Shown here: in pieces, positions 8,163-16,789 of the stretch
Position numbering within the stretch: position 1 is the first letter of the stretch
Layout of the letters: every line of letters starts with the position of its first letter
Assembly (NCBI RefSeq): GCF_001598795.1
Contig: NZ_BCZP01000008.1
Span: forward strand, 180,001-212,000
DNA from: Delftia acidovorans NBRC 14950
GTDB lineage: Bacteria > Pseudomonadota > Gammaproteobacteria > Burkholderiales > Burkholderiaceae_C
DNA: 32,000 bases
Reading direction: 5' to 3'
Notes under the pieces: generated by a model
The model's input: only the letters and a program-made list of their open reading frames with translations
Told to the model about the DNA's origin: nothing
Databases searched by the model: none
Made by a program: the position numbers and the translations under genes

Positions 8163-9527
8163 TCAACGCCGCCAGCGCGCGGCGGCGTGGCTGGCGGGCA
8201 GGCGGTCGCCCTGGCCGAACAGGCGCTGGCGCAGCGTGGCGTCCTCGCCGTAGCTGGTGCGGTAGCGGCCCCGGTTCTGCAGCTCGGGCACGACCAGGCG
8301 GGCGAAGTCTTCCCAGGTCTCGGGCGCGACGATGCGGGTCAGGTTGAAGCCGTCGATCTCGCCCACGTCGATCCAGCGCTCCAGCTCGTCGGCCACCTGG
8401 GACGGGTCACCCACGATGGTGGCGTAGCGGCTGCCCAGCGTGAACTGCTCCAGCAGCTTGCGCCGCGTGGTCCAGCCCTGCTTCTGCGCGGCCTGGGCCG
8501 CCGACTGGATGGCATTGGTGTTGCCGAAGGAGATGGGGTCGTCCAGCCCGTACTGCGCAAAGTCCACGCCGGTGCTGGCGGCAAAGTGGGCCAGCCCGCT
8601 TTCCGCGCTGGCGTGGGCCAGGTAGTCGGCGTATTTCTCGCGCGCCTCGGCCTCGGTGCGGCCGGGCACCACGGCCACGCCGGCGTAGATCTTGATGTCC
8701 TCGGGGCGCCGGCCCGCGTCCACGGCGGCCTGGCGCAGCTGGCGCGAGGCCTCGCGTGCGGCCTCGGGCGTGCGCGCGCCGATGAAGATGCCCTCGGCAT
8801 GCCGGCCCGCAAAGCGCAGCCCGCGCGGCGAGGTGCCGGCCTGGAACAGCACGGGCGTGCGCTGGGGCGAAGGCGCGCTCATGTGGATGGCGTTGGCGCG
8901 GTAGAACGGCCCCTCGTGCACCACCGGGTGTACCTTGCCGGGCAGGGCGTGGATGCGCCGCGCCTTGTCGGCGATCACGGCGCCCTCTTCCCAGCTGCCT
9001 TCCCAGAGCTTGTAGGAAAGCTCCAGGAAGTCGTCGGCCCGGTCGTAGCGGCTGTCGTGCTCGGCCAGGCCGTTCTGGCCCAGTCCGCGCGCGCCGCTGT
9101 CCACATAGCCGGTGACGATGTTCCAGCCGATGCGGCCATTGGTCAGCTGGTCCAGCGTGGTCACGTCGCGCGCAAAGGTATAGGGCTGGTGCGCGCCCAC
9201 GGTGGCCGTGAGGCCGAAACCGATGTGCCGCGTCACCGCCGCCATGGCCGAGACCAGCAGCCAGGGGTTGTTGACGGGCAGCTGTATGCCTTCGCGCAGG
9301 GTCAGGTCCACGCCGCCCTGGTAGACGTCGTAGTAGCCGACCACGTCGGCGATGAAGATGCCGTCGAACAGGCCTTCCTCCAGCACCCTGGCGATGTGGG
9401 TCCAGTAGGCCAGCGTGCCGTACTCGGTGGAGCGGTCGCGCGGATGGGTCCACAGGCCGTGGTGTATGTGGCCCACGCAGTTCATGTTGAAGGCGTTGAC
9501 GTGGATGTGGCGCTTGGCTTGCGTCAT
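8163..9527 (-). CDS. FMN-dependent LLM monooxygenase of the NtaA/SnaA/DszA family
   Basis: 454-aa ORF. N-terminus typical of the family (HIHVNAFNMNCVGHIHHGLWTHPRD), plus GRIGWNIVTGY and FQAGTSPRG. Confidence 0.9.
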   Translation of the reverse strand: MTQAKRHIHVNAFNMNCVGHIHHGLWTHPRDRSTEYGTLAYWTHIARVLEEGLFDGIFIADVVGYYDVYQGGVDLTLREGIQLPVNNPWLLVSAMAAVTRHIGFGLTATVGAHQPYTFARDVTTLDQLTNGRIGWNIVTGYVDSGARGLGQNGLAEHDSRYDRADDFLELSYKLWEGSWEEGAVIADKARRIHALPGKVHPVVHEGPFYRANAIHMSAPSPQRTPVLFQAGTSPRGLRFAGRHAEGIFIGARTPEAAREASRQLRQAAVDAGRRPEDIKIYAGVAVVPGRTEAEAREKYADYLAHASAESGLAHFAASTGVDFAQYGLDDPISFGNTNAIQSAAQAAQKQGWTTRRKLLEQFTLGSRYATIVGDPSQVADELERWIDVGEIDGFNLTRIVAPETWEDFARLVVPELQNRGRYRTSYGEDATLRQRLFGQGDRLPASHAAARWRR

Positions 9528-9552
9528 GGGGCGGGTCCTGCAGTCCGTTGCG

Positions 9553-10377
9553 TCAGTTCTTCAACCAGGCCAGGCGGTAGAGCTTCTGGTCGTTCAGGTA
9601 GAAGGCGTGGATGGTCTTGCGCACCACGTCGGAGTTTTTGTAGATGTCCAGGAAGCGGGCGATGCGCGGGTCGGCCGCGCGGTCGCTGCGGGCCACGAAC
9701 TGGATGGCCCAGGAGTCGTCCTCGTAGCTGGTGTAGGCCAGGCCCTTGCTGGCATCGAAGGCCTTGGAGGCGATGATGAAGTACGGAAATCCCTGGGCCA
9801 GGTCCACGTCGGGCGTGGTGCGTGCCAGCTGCGGGCCCTCGATCTCCACGAACTGCAGCTTCCTGGGGTTGGAGACGATGTCCGCCTGGGTGCCCAGCAG
9901 CCCGGTGTCGGGGCGCAGCGTGATCAGGCCCGCGTGCTGCAGCAGGCGCAGGCCGCGGCCCACGTTGACGGGGTCGCTGGCAATGGCCACCTTGGCGCCC
10001 GTGGGCAGGTCGGCCAGGGATTTGTGGCGCGTGGAGTACAGGCCCAGGTAGGACAGGATGCCCGCCTGCACGCTGGTGAACTTGAAGCCCTTGCTGCGCG
10101 CTGCATTGGCCAGGTAGTTGCTGTTCTGGTAGTAGTTGAGGTCGATGTCGCCCGCGTCCAGCGCCACGTTGGGCGTGGCCCAGTCGGTGAATTCCACCAC
10201 CTGCACGTCCAGGCCCTGCTTCTTGGCCTCCTTGGCGGCGGCTTCCACCGAGTCCGCGAAGATGCCCGGCACCACGCCGATCTTCAGGGGCGCGGCCAGG
10301 GCGCTGCCCGCGAGCAGGGCAGCGCCCAGGAAGGCGGCCAGCCGGGGCCAGAGTGTGGGGAAGGTCGTTGTCATCAT
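9553..10377 (-). CDS. metQ: MetQ/NlpA-family periplasmic substrate-binding protein (paralog 1)
   Basis: Trimmed to ATGATG 10377 (AGGA 4 nt upstream): MMTTTFPTLWPRLAAFLGAALLAGSALA/APLKIGVVPG. Contains the FTDWATPN and NYYQN motifs. The signal peptide has no lipobox Cys. Confidence 0.88.
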   Translation of the reverse strand: MMTTTFPTLWPRLAAFLGAALLAGSALAAPLKIGVVPGIFADSVEAAAKEAKKQGLDVQVVEFTDWATPNVALDAGDIDLNYYQNSNYLANAARSKGFKFTSVQAGILSYLGLYSTRHKSLADLPTGAKVAIASDPVNVGRGLRLLQHAGLITLRPDTGLLGTQADIVSNPRKLQFVEIEGPQLARTTPDVDLAQGFPYFIIASKAFDASKGLAYTSYEDDSWAIQFVARSDRAADPRIARFLDIYKNSDVVRKTIHAFYLNDQKLYRLAWLKN

Positions 10378-10402
10378 TGCATTCCTGTGTCGTTGATAAA
10401 GG

Positions 10403-11680
10403 TCAGAGCGCGCCATGGCGCGGCGGGCGTATGCCATTGAGCACGTAGTTGCCCACGGCGTGGTATTTCCAGCGCACGGGGTCGTGCAGGGTGTGGGTGC
10501 GCGCGTTGCGCCAGAAGCGGTCCAGGCCCTGTCCCGCCAGGGTGGAGGCCGTGCCCGCCAGCTCGAACAGCTTGCTGCCCGCCAGCAGGCTGGCGCTGGT
10601 GCTCAGCGCCTTGGCCTGGGCCACGGCCACCGAGGCGGCGGCCACGCTGTCGTCCGTGGGCGCACGCTGGGCGGCGTCCACGGCCAGGGCCGCGCGGGCC
10701 ACCAGGGCATCGGCGGCGCGCAGGCGCACGTGGACATTGCCCAGTTGCTGCAGCAGCAGCGGGTCCTGCGTGGCGCTGGCCACGCCCGCATCCACCCAGG
10801 GCCGCGCATGCTCGCGGATGAAGGGCAGGGCGGCCTGCAGCGCGCCGTGGCCAATGCCCGCGTCCAGGGCGGCATGGATGATCTGGGCGAAGGGGCCGAT
10901 GGTGGTGGGCCGCTCGAAGGAACTGGTGAAGGGCACCACCCATTCGGGCTCCACGCGCACGCGATCGAACTGCACGGAGCCGCTGCCCGTCACGCGCTGG
11001 CCGAAGCCGTCCCAGTCGTCGGTGATGGTGACGCCGGCCGCATCGCGCGGGATGAAGACCAGGAACATGCGCTCGCCTTGCCCCGGCGCCTCTTCCTGCG
11101 CGCTGACCAGGGTGGGAATCCAGTGCGCGAACAGGGCGCCCGTGCAATAGAACTTGCGCCCCTGCACGAACCAGCCGCCGCTCTCGCGCAGCAGCCGGGT
11201 GCGGCGCTGGAAGTCGCGGTGGCCGATCTCGGCCAGCGCATTGCCCAGGCGTTCGCCGCGCAGCACACGGTCATAGAAGAAGGCCTTTTGCGCGGGCGAT
11301 CCGCCCACGCGCAGCACTTCCAGCGAGTAGTAGTGGTTCTGCGGAATGTGGCCGAAGTTGCCATCGGCCGCCGCAATCAGGGTAATGGCCCGCGTCAGCG
11401 TGGCCGTGGACACGCCCGCGCCGCCGTACTCCCGGGGAATGGTGATGCCCCACAGGCCGCTCTGGCTGAACTGCTCCACCTCCTGCCAGGGCAGCAGGCG
11501 GTCGCGGTCGCGCGCCAGGGCGCCGGGGGCGATGAGGGCGGCAAAACTGCGGGCCGCCTCCAGCGCCTCGGCCTCGCTGCCGATGATGTGGGCGGGCCGG
11601 GCTGGAGGCGCTGCGGGAGCGGGCTGGCTGCCCGGTGTGGAGGCCAGGGCCTGCAGCTCTTGGGTCGATGTCTGTGTCAT
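10403..11680 (-). CDS. ACAD-fold sulfur-acquisition oxidoreductase, SfnB-family-like (paralog 2)
   Basis: Trimmed from the 753-aa read-through ORF to ATG 11680 (MTQTSTQELQ...). Motifs LPWQEVEQF, IPQNHYYS, DDWDGFGQRVTGSGSVQFDRVRV, FWRNARTHTLHDPVRWKYHAVGNYVLNG. Confidence 0.88.
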   Translation of the reverse strand: MTQTSTQELQALASTPGSQPAPAAPPARPAHIIGSEAEALEAARSFAALIAPGALARDRDRLLPWQEVEQFSQSGLWGITIPREYGGAGVSTATLTRAITLIAAADGNFGHIPQNHYYSLEVLRVGGSPAQKAFFYDRVLRGERLGNALAEIGHRDFQRRTRLLRESGGWFVQGRKFYCTGALFAHWIPTLVSAQEEAPGQGERMFLVFIPRDAAGVTITDDWDGFGQRVTGSGSVQFDRVRVEPEWVVPFTSSFERPTTIGPFAQIIHAALDAGIGHGALQAALPFIREHARPWVDAGVASATQDPLLLQQLGNVHVRLRAADALVARAALAVDAAQRAPTDDSVAAASVAVAQAKALSTSASLLAGSKLFELAGTASTLAGQGLDRFWRNARTHTLHDPVRWKYHAVGNYVLNGIRPPRHGAL

Positions 11681-11685
11681 GGCGG

Positions 11686-12978
11686 TCAGTTCCACTGGTG
11701 GCGGCGCGGCAGGGCGCCGTTGAGCAGGTAGTTGCCCAGCAGGTGGTATTTCCAGCGCACGGGGTCGTGCAGCGTGTGCACGCGGGCGTTGCGCCAGTGG
11801 CGGTCCAGGCGGTGGGCAGCGCGGCTGGCCGAGGAGCCGGCCAGCGCGAACAGGTGCTCGCCGGCCTGCAGCGCGGCCTCGGTGGTGAGGATCTTGGCCT
11901 CGGCCACGGCCACCGAGGCCTGGGCGCTGGCCTGCTCGTCCACCGCGCCACCAGCCGCTGCAGCCAGCGCATCCAGCGTGCGCGCGGCCTCCAGCAGCAC
12001 GGCATGGGCCGCATCCACCTCGATCTGCAGCTGGCCGACCTCGTGGATGAGGTGGGGATCGTCGCTGGCGCGCGCCACGCCCGAGTCCATCCAGGGCCGG
12101 CTCTTGTCGCGCACGAAGTCCACCGCGTCGCGCAGCGCGCCCTGGGCAATGCCCGCGTCGATGGAGGCCTGGATCAGCTGCGACACCGGGCCGGACAGCG
12201 AGGGCGTGGCCTCGAACTGCCAGGCAGGCACCACGTCCTCGGGCTGTACCTGCACCTGGTCCAGCTGCACGCTGCCGCTGGCCGTGGTGCGCTGGCCGAA
12301 GGAGTCCCAGTCGTCGAACACGGTCACGCCTGGCGCATCGCGCCGCACCCAGACCTGCACGATGCGGCCTTCCTCGTCCTGGGCGCGAAACGGCACCCAG
12401 TGCGCGAAGGCCGAGCCCGTGGAGTAAAAGCGCGTGCCGCTGACGCGCAGGCCGCCCGCGGCATCGCGCGACAGGCGCGCCGTGGCCTCCAGCACATGGG
12501 CCGCGCGCCCCTTGCGTTCCGGCCCGGCATTGCCCAGGCGGTGGCCGGCCAGCACGTCGGCGAACCAGCGGCGCTTCTGGGGCTCGCTGCCCATGTCCCG
12601 CAGGTTCTGCAGCACGGCGAAATGGTTCTGCGGAATCTGGCCCAGCGAAGGGTCGGCCGCGCACAGCGTGACGAAGACCTGGGCCAGCGTCTCGTACGAG
12701 GCGCCCAGGCCGCCGTAGGCGCGGGGCACGGTGATGGCGCCCAGCCCGCTGGCCGTGTGGCGCTCGATTTCCTGCCAGGGCAGGCGCCGCTCATGGTCGC
12801 GGGCGGCTGCGTCCGCGCGCCATTCATCGGCCAGGGCCTGGGCGGCCTGCAGGGCCTCGGCCTCGCTGGTGATGCGGTGCGGGGTGGAGGGCGGCAGGGG
12901 CAGGCGCCGCAGCGCCCCGCCCGGGGTGTGGTGTGTGTTGCCGGGCAAGGCTGCGCCCAGGGCATCCGGTGTGGTCAT
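11686..12978 (-). CDS. ACAD-fold sulfur-acquisition oxidoreductase, SfnB-family-like (paralog 1)
   Basis: Trimmed from the 587-aa read-through ORF to ATG 12978 (MTTPDALGAA...). Motifs LPWQEIERH, IPQNHFAV, DDWDSFGQRTTASGSVQLDQVQV, HWRNARVHTLHDPVRWKYHLLGNYLLNG. Its stop is 5 nt before the start of paralog 2. Confidence 0.88.
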   Translation of the reverse strand: MTTPDALGAALPGNTHHTPGGALRRLPLPPSTPHRITSEAEALQAAQALADEWRADAAARDHERRLPWQEIERHTASGLGAITVPRAYGGLGASYETLAQVFVTLCAADPSLGQIPQNHFAVLQNLRDMGSEPQKRRWFADVLAGHRLGNAGPERKGRAAHVLEATARLSRDAAGGLRVSGTRFYSTGSAFAHWVPFRAQDEEGRIVQVWVRRDAPGVTVFDDWDSFGQRTTASGSVQLDQVQVQPEDVVPAWQFEATPSLSGPVSQLIQASIDAGIAQGALRDAVDFVRDKSRPWMDSGVARASDDPHLIHEVGQLQIEVDAAHAVLLEAARTLDALAAAAGGAVDEQASAQASVAVAEAKILTTEAALQAGEHLFALAGSSASRAAHRLDRHWRNARVHTLHDPVRWKYHLLGNYLLNGALPRRHQWN

Positions 12979-13061
12979 TCCGTGCCTCGTTGCTGAGTCG
13001 GTGGGGAGAGGGCCGCCAGGCGGCGGCCCCGGAGGGAAAGGCGTGGTGCCTGTTTTCAGCG

Positions 13062-13724
13062 TCAGCGGCTGCGCAGCCGGCGCACGTAGCGGTCGCCCAG
13101 CACCTGGACCACGGTGACCAGCGCGATCAGCACGGCAATCACCAGCAGCATCACCTGGGTGTCGAAGCGCTGGTAGCCGTAGCGGATGGCCAGGTCGCCC
13201 AGGCCGCCCGCGCCCACGGCGCCGGCCATGGCCGAGGAGCTGATCAGCGCCACCAGGGTGATGGTGAAGCCGCCCACGATGCCGGGCAGGGCCTCGGGCA
13301 GGTAGACGTGGCGCACGATGTCCCACTTGCGGCAGCCCATGGCCTGGGCGGCTTCGATGAGGCCGGGATCGACCTCGCGCAGGCTGACCTCGACGATGCG
13401 CGCAAAGAACGGCGTGGCGCTGATGGCCAGCGGCACGATGGCCGCCCACACGCCGATGGTCGTGCCCGTCACCAGCCGCGTGAACGGGATCAGCGCCACC
13501 AGCAGCACGATGAAGGGCGTGGCACGGAAGCCGTTGATCACGCTGCCCAGCGCGCGGTGCGTGCGCGGCGAGGCCAGGAAGCCGCCGGGCGCGGTGACGA
13601 TGAGCAGCACCGCCAGCGGAATGCCCGCCGCCAGCGCGATGCCGCCCGAGACGCCGACCATCATCAGCGTGTCGGCCAGCGCGTTGCCATAGCGCTCAAT
13701 GGGAATGGACAGATTCAACGACAT
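13062..13724 (-). CDS. metI: Methionine-type ABC transporter permease (MetI)
   Basis: Start set at the M10 of the track ORF ([20 protein letters not shown]...) by alignment with recalled E. coli MetI. EAA loop is [25 protein letters not shown]. Overlaps the metN 3' end by 29 nt. Confidence 0.88.
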   Translation of the reverse strand: MSLNLSIPIERYGNALADTLMMVGVSGGIALAAGIPLAVLLIVTAPGGFLASPRTHRALGSVINGFRATPFIVLLVALIPFTRLVTGTTIGVWAAIVPLAISATPFFARIVEVSLREVDPGLIEAAQAMGCRKWDIVRHVYLPEALPGIVGGFTITLVALISSSAMAGAVGAGGLGDLAIRYGYQRFDTQVMLLVIAVLIALVTVVQVLGDRYVRRLRSR

Positions 13725-14889
13725 ATCCGAGATCCTTGATGTCATGCGCAATGGCCGCCGGGCCCTGCGTCAATGTGTGCCAGTCATGCGCGGCCGTGCC
13801 GCCGCCCAGCGCGATCAGCAGCTGCCCCTGGGCATGGCCCTGGATGCGGTCCACGCCGCCATGCAGCAGGCGCACCCGGCCGCCCAGGGCCTGGGCGATG
13901 CTCGGGAAGTCGGGCTCCAGCCCGTCCTCGCCGCGGTAGGTCAGCTGCAGGATGCGTTCGTGGCGGCCTGCGGGCGCGGTGCTCAGCAGGCGCTGGCGCA
14001 GGTCGTCGGGCAGGCCGTGCTGCAGCGGTGCCAGCAGGGCGCGCGTGGCCGGGTGCTGCGGGTTGCCGAAGACCTTCCAGACCTCGCCCAGCTCGGCGAT
14101 GCGGCCCTGCTCCAGCACCAGCACGCGGTCGGCGATCTCGCGGATCACGCTCATCTCGTGCGTGATCAGGATGATGGTGATGCCCAGCTTGCGGTTGATG
14201 GTGCGCAGCAGCTCCAGGATGGACTGCGTGGTCTCGGGGTCCAGGGCCGAGGTGGCCTCGTCGCACAGCAGGATCTCGGGGTCGGTGGCCAGGGCGCGGG
14301 CAATGCCCACGCGCTGCTTTTGCCCGCCAGACAGCCGGCTCGGATAGGTGCCAGCCTTCTCCTGCAGGCCCACCAGGGCCAGCAGCTCATTCACCCGCGC
14401 ATTGATGCGTGCGCGCGGCAGGCCCGCCACCTGCAGGGGCAGGGCCACGTTGTCGTACACCGTCTTGGCCGACAGCAGGTTGAAGTGCTGGAAGATCATG
14501 CCGATGCGCCGGCGCAGCTGCACCAGCTGCGATTCGTCCAGCGTGCCGATGTCCACGCCGTCGACCCGCACCTGGCCGCTGCTGGGCTGCTCCAGCCGGT
14601 TGATGGTGCGCAGCAGGCTGGACTTGCCCGCGCCGCTGCGCCCGATGATGCCGAAGATGCTGCCCGGCGCGATCTCCAGGCTGATCGCGTCCAGCGCCTG
14701 TACGGGCCCGGCCGAAGACTGGTAGGTCTTGGCCACGCCGCTGAAGGCCACGGCGCCGGGTCCGCGGATGGATTCCCGCGTGGTGCCGGCCGCTGCCGAT
14801 GAGCGCCTGCCCGCGTCATGGGCCGGCCTGTCTGCCTCGTGGGCCGGCCTGTCTGCCAGGGGCTGCCTGGCTGCAATGCTGGTTGACAT
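13696..14889 (-). CDS. metN: Methionine-type ABC transporter ATPase (MetN) with a C-terminal NIL-type domain and an N-terminal extension of about 45 aa
   Basis: Walker [10 protein letters not shown], signature LSGGQKQRV, Walker [14 protein letters not shown]-loop ITHEM. GGGGAGGA lies 8 nt upstream of ATG 14889. An internal GTG ([11 protein letters not shown]) is a possible shorter start. Confidence 0.9.
   Translation of the reverse strand: MSTSIAARQPLADRPAHEADRPAHDAGRRSSAAAGTTRESIRGPGAVAFSGVAKTYQSSAGPVQALDAISLEIAPGSIFGIIGRSGAGKSSLLRTINRLEQPSSGQVRVDGVDIGTLDESQLVQLRRRIGMIFQHFNLLSAKTVYDNVALPLQVAGLPRARINARVNELLALVGLQEKAGTYPSRLSGGQKQRVGIARALATDPEILLCDEATSALDPETTQSILELLRTINRKLGITIILITHEMSVIREIADRVLVLEQGRIAELGEVWKVFGNPQHPATRALLAPLQHGLPDDLRQRLLSTAPAGRHERILQLTYRGEDGLEPDFPSIAQALGGRVRLLHGGVDRIQGHAQGQLLIALGGGTAAHDWHTLTQGPAAIAHDIKDLGYVVESVHSH
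14820..14857. repeat. 17-bp perfect direct repeat with 21-bp period inside the metN 5' extension (encodes [14 protein letters not shown])
   Basis: gggccggcctgtctgcc tcgt gggccggcctgtctgcc, read directly. Confidence 0.85.
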
Positions 14890-14911
14890 GGCTGAAGTCC
14901 TCCCCTGCCGC

Positions 14912-15718
14912 TCAGGGCTTGACCCAGGCCAGGTTGTACAGACGCTTGTCGTTGGAGAAGGCGCGCTGGGCCTCGGCCTTCACCGCATCGGAGTTCTGGT
15001 AGATGCGGATGAACTTCTGCACCACGGGGTCCTGCGTGCGGTTGGCCTTGACCACGAACTGGATGGAAAAGCGCGCGTCCTCGATGCCCGAATATGCGAG
15101 CCCGCTGGACGGATCGAAGGCCTTGGCCGCCACGATGAAGTGCGGGTAGCCCTGGGCGAGGTCCACGTCGCCTGTGATGCGCACCAGCTGCGGCCCCTCG
15201 ACCTCGACGAAGCTGAGCTTCTTGGGGTTCTCGACGATGTCGTCCAGGCTGCCCAGGTAGCCCACGCCGGGCTTGAGCTTGATCAGCCCCACCTTCTGCA
15301 GCAAGAGCAGGCCGCGCCCCTGGTTCACGGGGTCGTTGGCAATGCCCACCTTGCCGCCCTGCGGCACCTGGGCGATGGCCTTGTGCTTGAGCGAGTACAG
15401 GCCCACGTTGGCCAGGATGCCCGTGCCCGCGCTGGCCAGCTTGTAGCCGTTCTTCTGGATGGCGTTGTCCAGGAAGGGCTGGTGCTGGAAGTAGTTGATG
15501 TCCAGGTCGCCCGAGTCCACGGCCACGTTGGGCGTGGTCCAGTCGGTGAACTCCACCACCTGCACATCGATGCCCTGGGCCTTGGCCTCCCTGGCGGCCA
15601 CGGCCACCGAGTCGGCGTAGGCGCCGGGCACCACGCCGATGCGCAGCTTGTCGGCAGCGTGGACGGAGAACAGGGCCAGGGCGGCCAGCGGGGCGATCAG
15701 GGCACGGGAAAGCTTCAT
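14912..15718 (-). CDS. metQ: MetQ/NlpA-family periplasmic substrate-binding protein (paralog 2)
   Basis: Trimmed to ATG 15718 (GGAG upstream): [32 protein letters not shown]. Contains FTDWTTPN and NYFQH. No lipobox Cys. Confidence 0.88.
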   Translation of the reverse strand: MKLSRALIAPLAALALFSVHAADKLRIGVVPGAYADSVAVAAREAKAQGIDVQVVEFTDWTTPNVAVDSGDLDINYFQHQPFLDNAIQKNGYKLASAGTGILANVGLYSLKHKAIAQVPQGGKVGIANDPVNQGRGLLLLQKVGLIKLKPGVGYLGSLDDIVENPKKLSFVEVEGPQLVRITGDVDLAQGYPHFIVAAKAFDPSSGLAYSGIEDARFSIQFVVKANRTQDPVVQKFIRIYQNSDAVKAEAQRAFSNDKRLYNLAWVKP

Positions 15719-15765
15719 CGGGATCTCCGGAAAAAAAGGGTTCGAAAAGGCAGGAAGGGGCCGCG

Positions 15766-16581
15766 TCACGGCTTGCGCCACGGCAGGCTGTACAGCCTGT
15801 CGTTGGCGGCGAATGACTTGTGGATCTGCGCCTGCACGGCGCCCGAGGTCTGGTAGATGCGCACGAACTGCGCAATGCGCGGGTCCCGGGCGTTGTCCTG
15901 GCGCGAGACGAAGCGGATGGCGTAGTACAGGTCGTCAATGCCCGAATACAGCAGCGCATTGCCGGCCACCTGCGGCCGCCCGGCGTTGACGAAGTGGGCC
16001 GGGTAGCCCTGGGCCAGGTCCACATCGTCCAGCGCGCGCACCAGCTGCGGCCCTTCGATCTCGACAAAGCGCAGCTTGCGCGGGTTGGACACGATGTCGT
16101 CCAGCCCCGCGCGCGGGCCCTTGCCTTCGCGCAGCTGGATCAGGCCGGCCTTCTCCAGCAGCAGCAGGCCGCGCCCCTGGTTGACGGGGTCATTGGCCAC
16201 GCCGACGCGCGCTCCCTCCTTCAGGTCGGCAAAGCGCTGGGTCTTGAGCGAGTACAGGCCGATGTTGGGCAGCAGGCCCGTGGCCACGCTGGTGAAGGCA
16301 TAGCCGCGCTCGCGGATGGCGTTGTCCAGGAAGGCCTGGTGCTGGAAGTAGTTGAGGTCGATGTCGCCGGCCGCCAGCGCCGTGTTGGGCGTGGTCCAGT
16401 CGGTGAACTCGATGACCTGCACGTCCAGCCCCTGGGCGCGCGCCTCCTTGGCGGCGACCTCCACGGAGTCGGCCAGCGAACCGGGCGTGACGCCTATCTT
16501 CAGCGCGGCGGCCGCCGCAAGGCCGGGCAGCGCCAGCGTGGCGGCAAGCGACCAGAGCAATGTGTTTCTGCGCGTGGGCAA
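15766..16581 (-). CDS. metQ: MetQ/NlpA-family periplasmic substrate-binding protein (paralog 3, first gene of the array), probable TTG start
   Basis: The track ORF (330 aa) has an implausible Arg/Cys-rich N-terminus and no in-frame ATG near the signal peptide. TTG 16581..16579 has GGAGGA 7 nt upstream and yields (M)PTRRNTLLWSLAATLALPGLAAAAA/LKIGVTPG. Contains FTDWTTPN and NYFQH. Confidence 0.8.
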   Translation of the reverse strand: MPTRRNTLLWSLAATLALPGLAAAAALKIGVTPGSLADSVEVAAKEARAQGLDVQVIEFTDWTTPNTALAAGDIDLNYFQHQAFLDNAIRERGYAFTSVATGLLPNIGLYSLKTQRFADLKEGARVGVANDPVNQGRGLLLLEKAGLIQLREGKGPRAGLDDIVSNPRKLRFVEIEGPQLVRALDDVDLAQGYPAHFVNAGRPQVAGNALLYSGIDDLYYAIRFVSRQDNARDPRIAQFVRIYQTSGAVQAQIHKSFAANDRLYSLPWRKP

Positions 16582-16657
16582 GGCGTGGTTCCTCCAGCTC
16601 GGCCAGGCCCGGCGCCGGCGCCCACATGGCGCCTGCCGGCATGGCCTCTGAAGGCAT

Positions 16658-16673
16658 TGCAACACCCGGCCCC
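16658..16673 (-). promoter_or_regulatory. Candidate sigma54 (-24/-12) promoter for the metQ3...sfnB3 operon
   Basis: The minus strand reads gGGgcCG-ggtg-TTGCA. GG and GC have the required N10 spacing and the -12 TTGCA is perfect; the -24 hexamer matches only GG..C plus the following G. It would give a leader of about 66 nt to TTG 16581. GG dinucleotides are cheap in this GC-rich DNA. Confidence 0.3.
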
Positions 16674-16789
16674 GGCGCGCACCACGACGGAATTCACATT
16701 TCCTTATAGCGAGCCATGCGCGGCGCAAGGCATTGATCGCAAAGGAAATTTTGCACAAGCAAGATTGAGCTTATGCCCGCGCGAAATAT

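Noticed and set aside
7974-9776. 600-aa plus-strand ORF, and the similar ORFs 6799..8253, 9415..10440, 10415..11731, 11635..12996, 13699..14802, 14729..15856 and 15820..17454
   Set aside because: All are antisense to minus-strand genes with strong family motifs (LLM, SfnB-like, MetQ, MetN, MarR). Their translations are Gly/Ala/Arg/Val/Gln-rich and domain-free.
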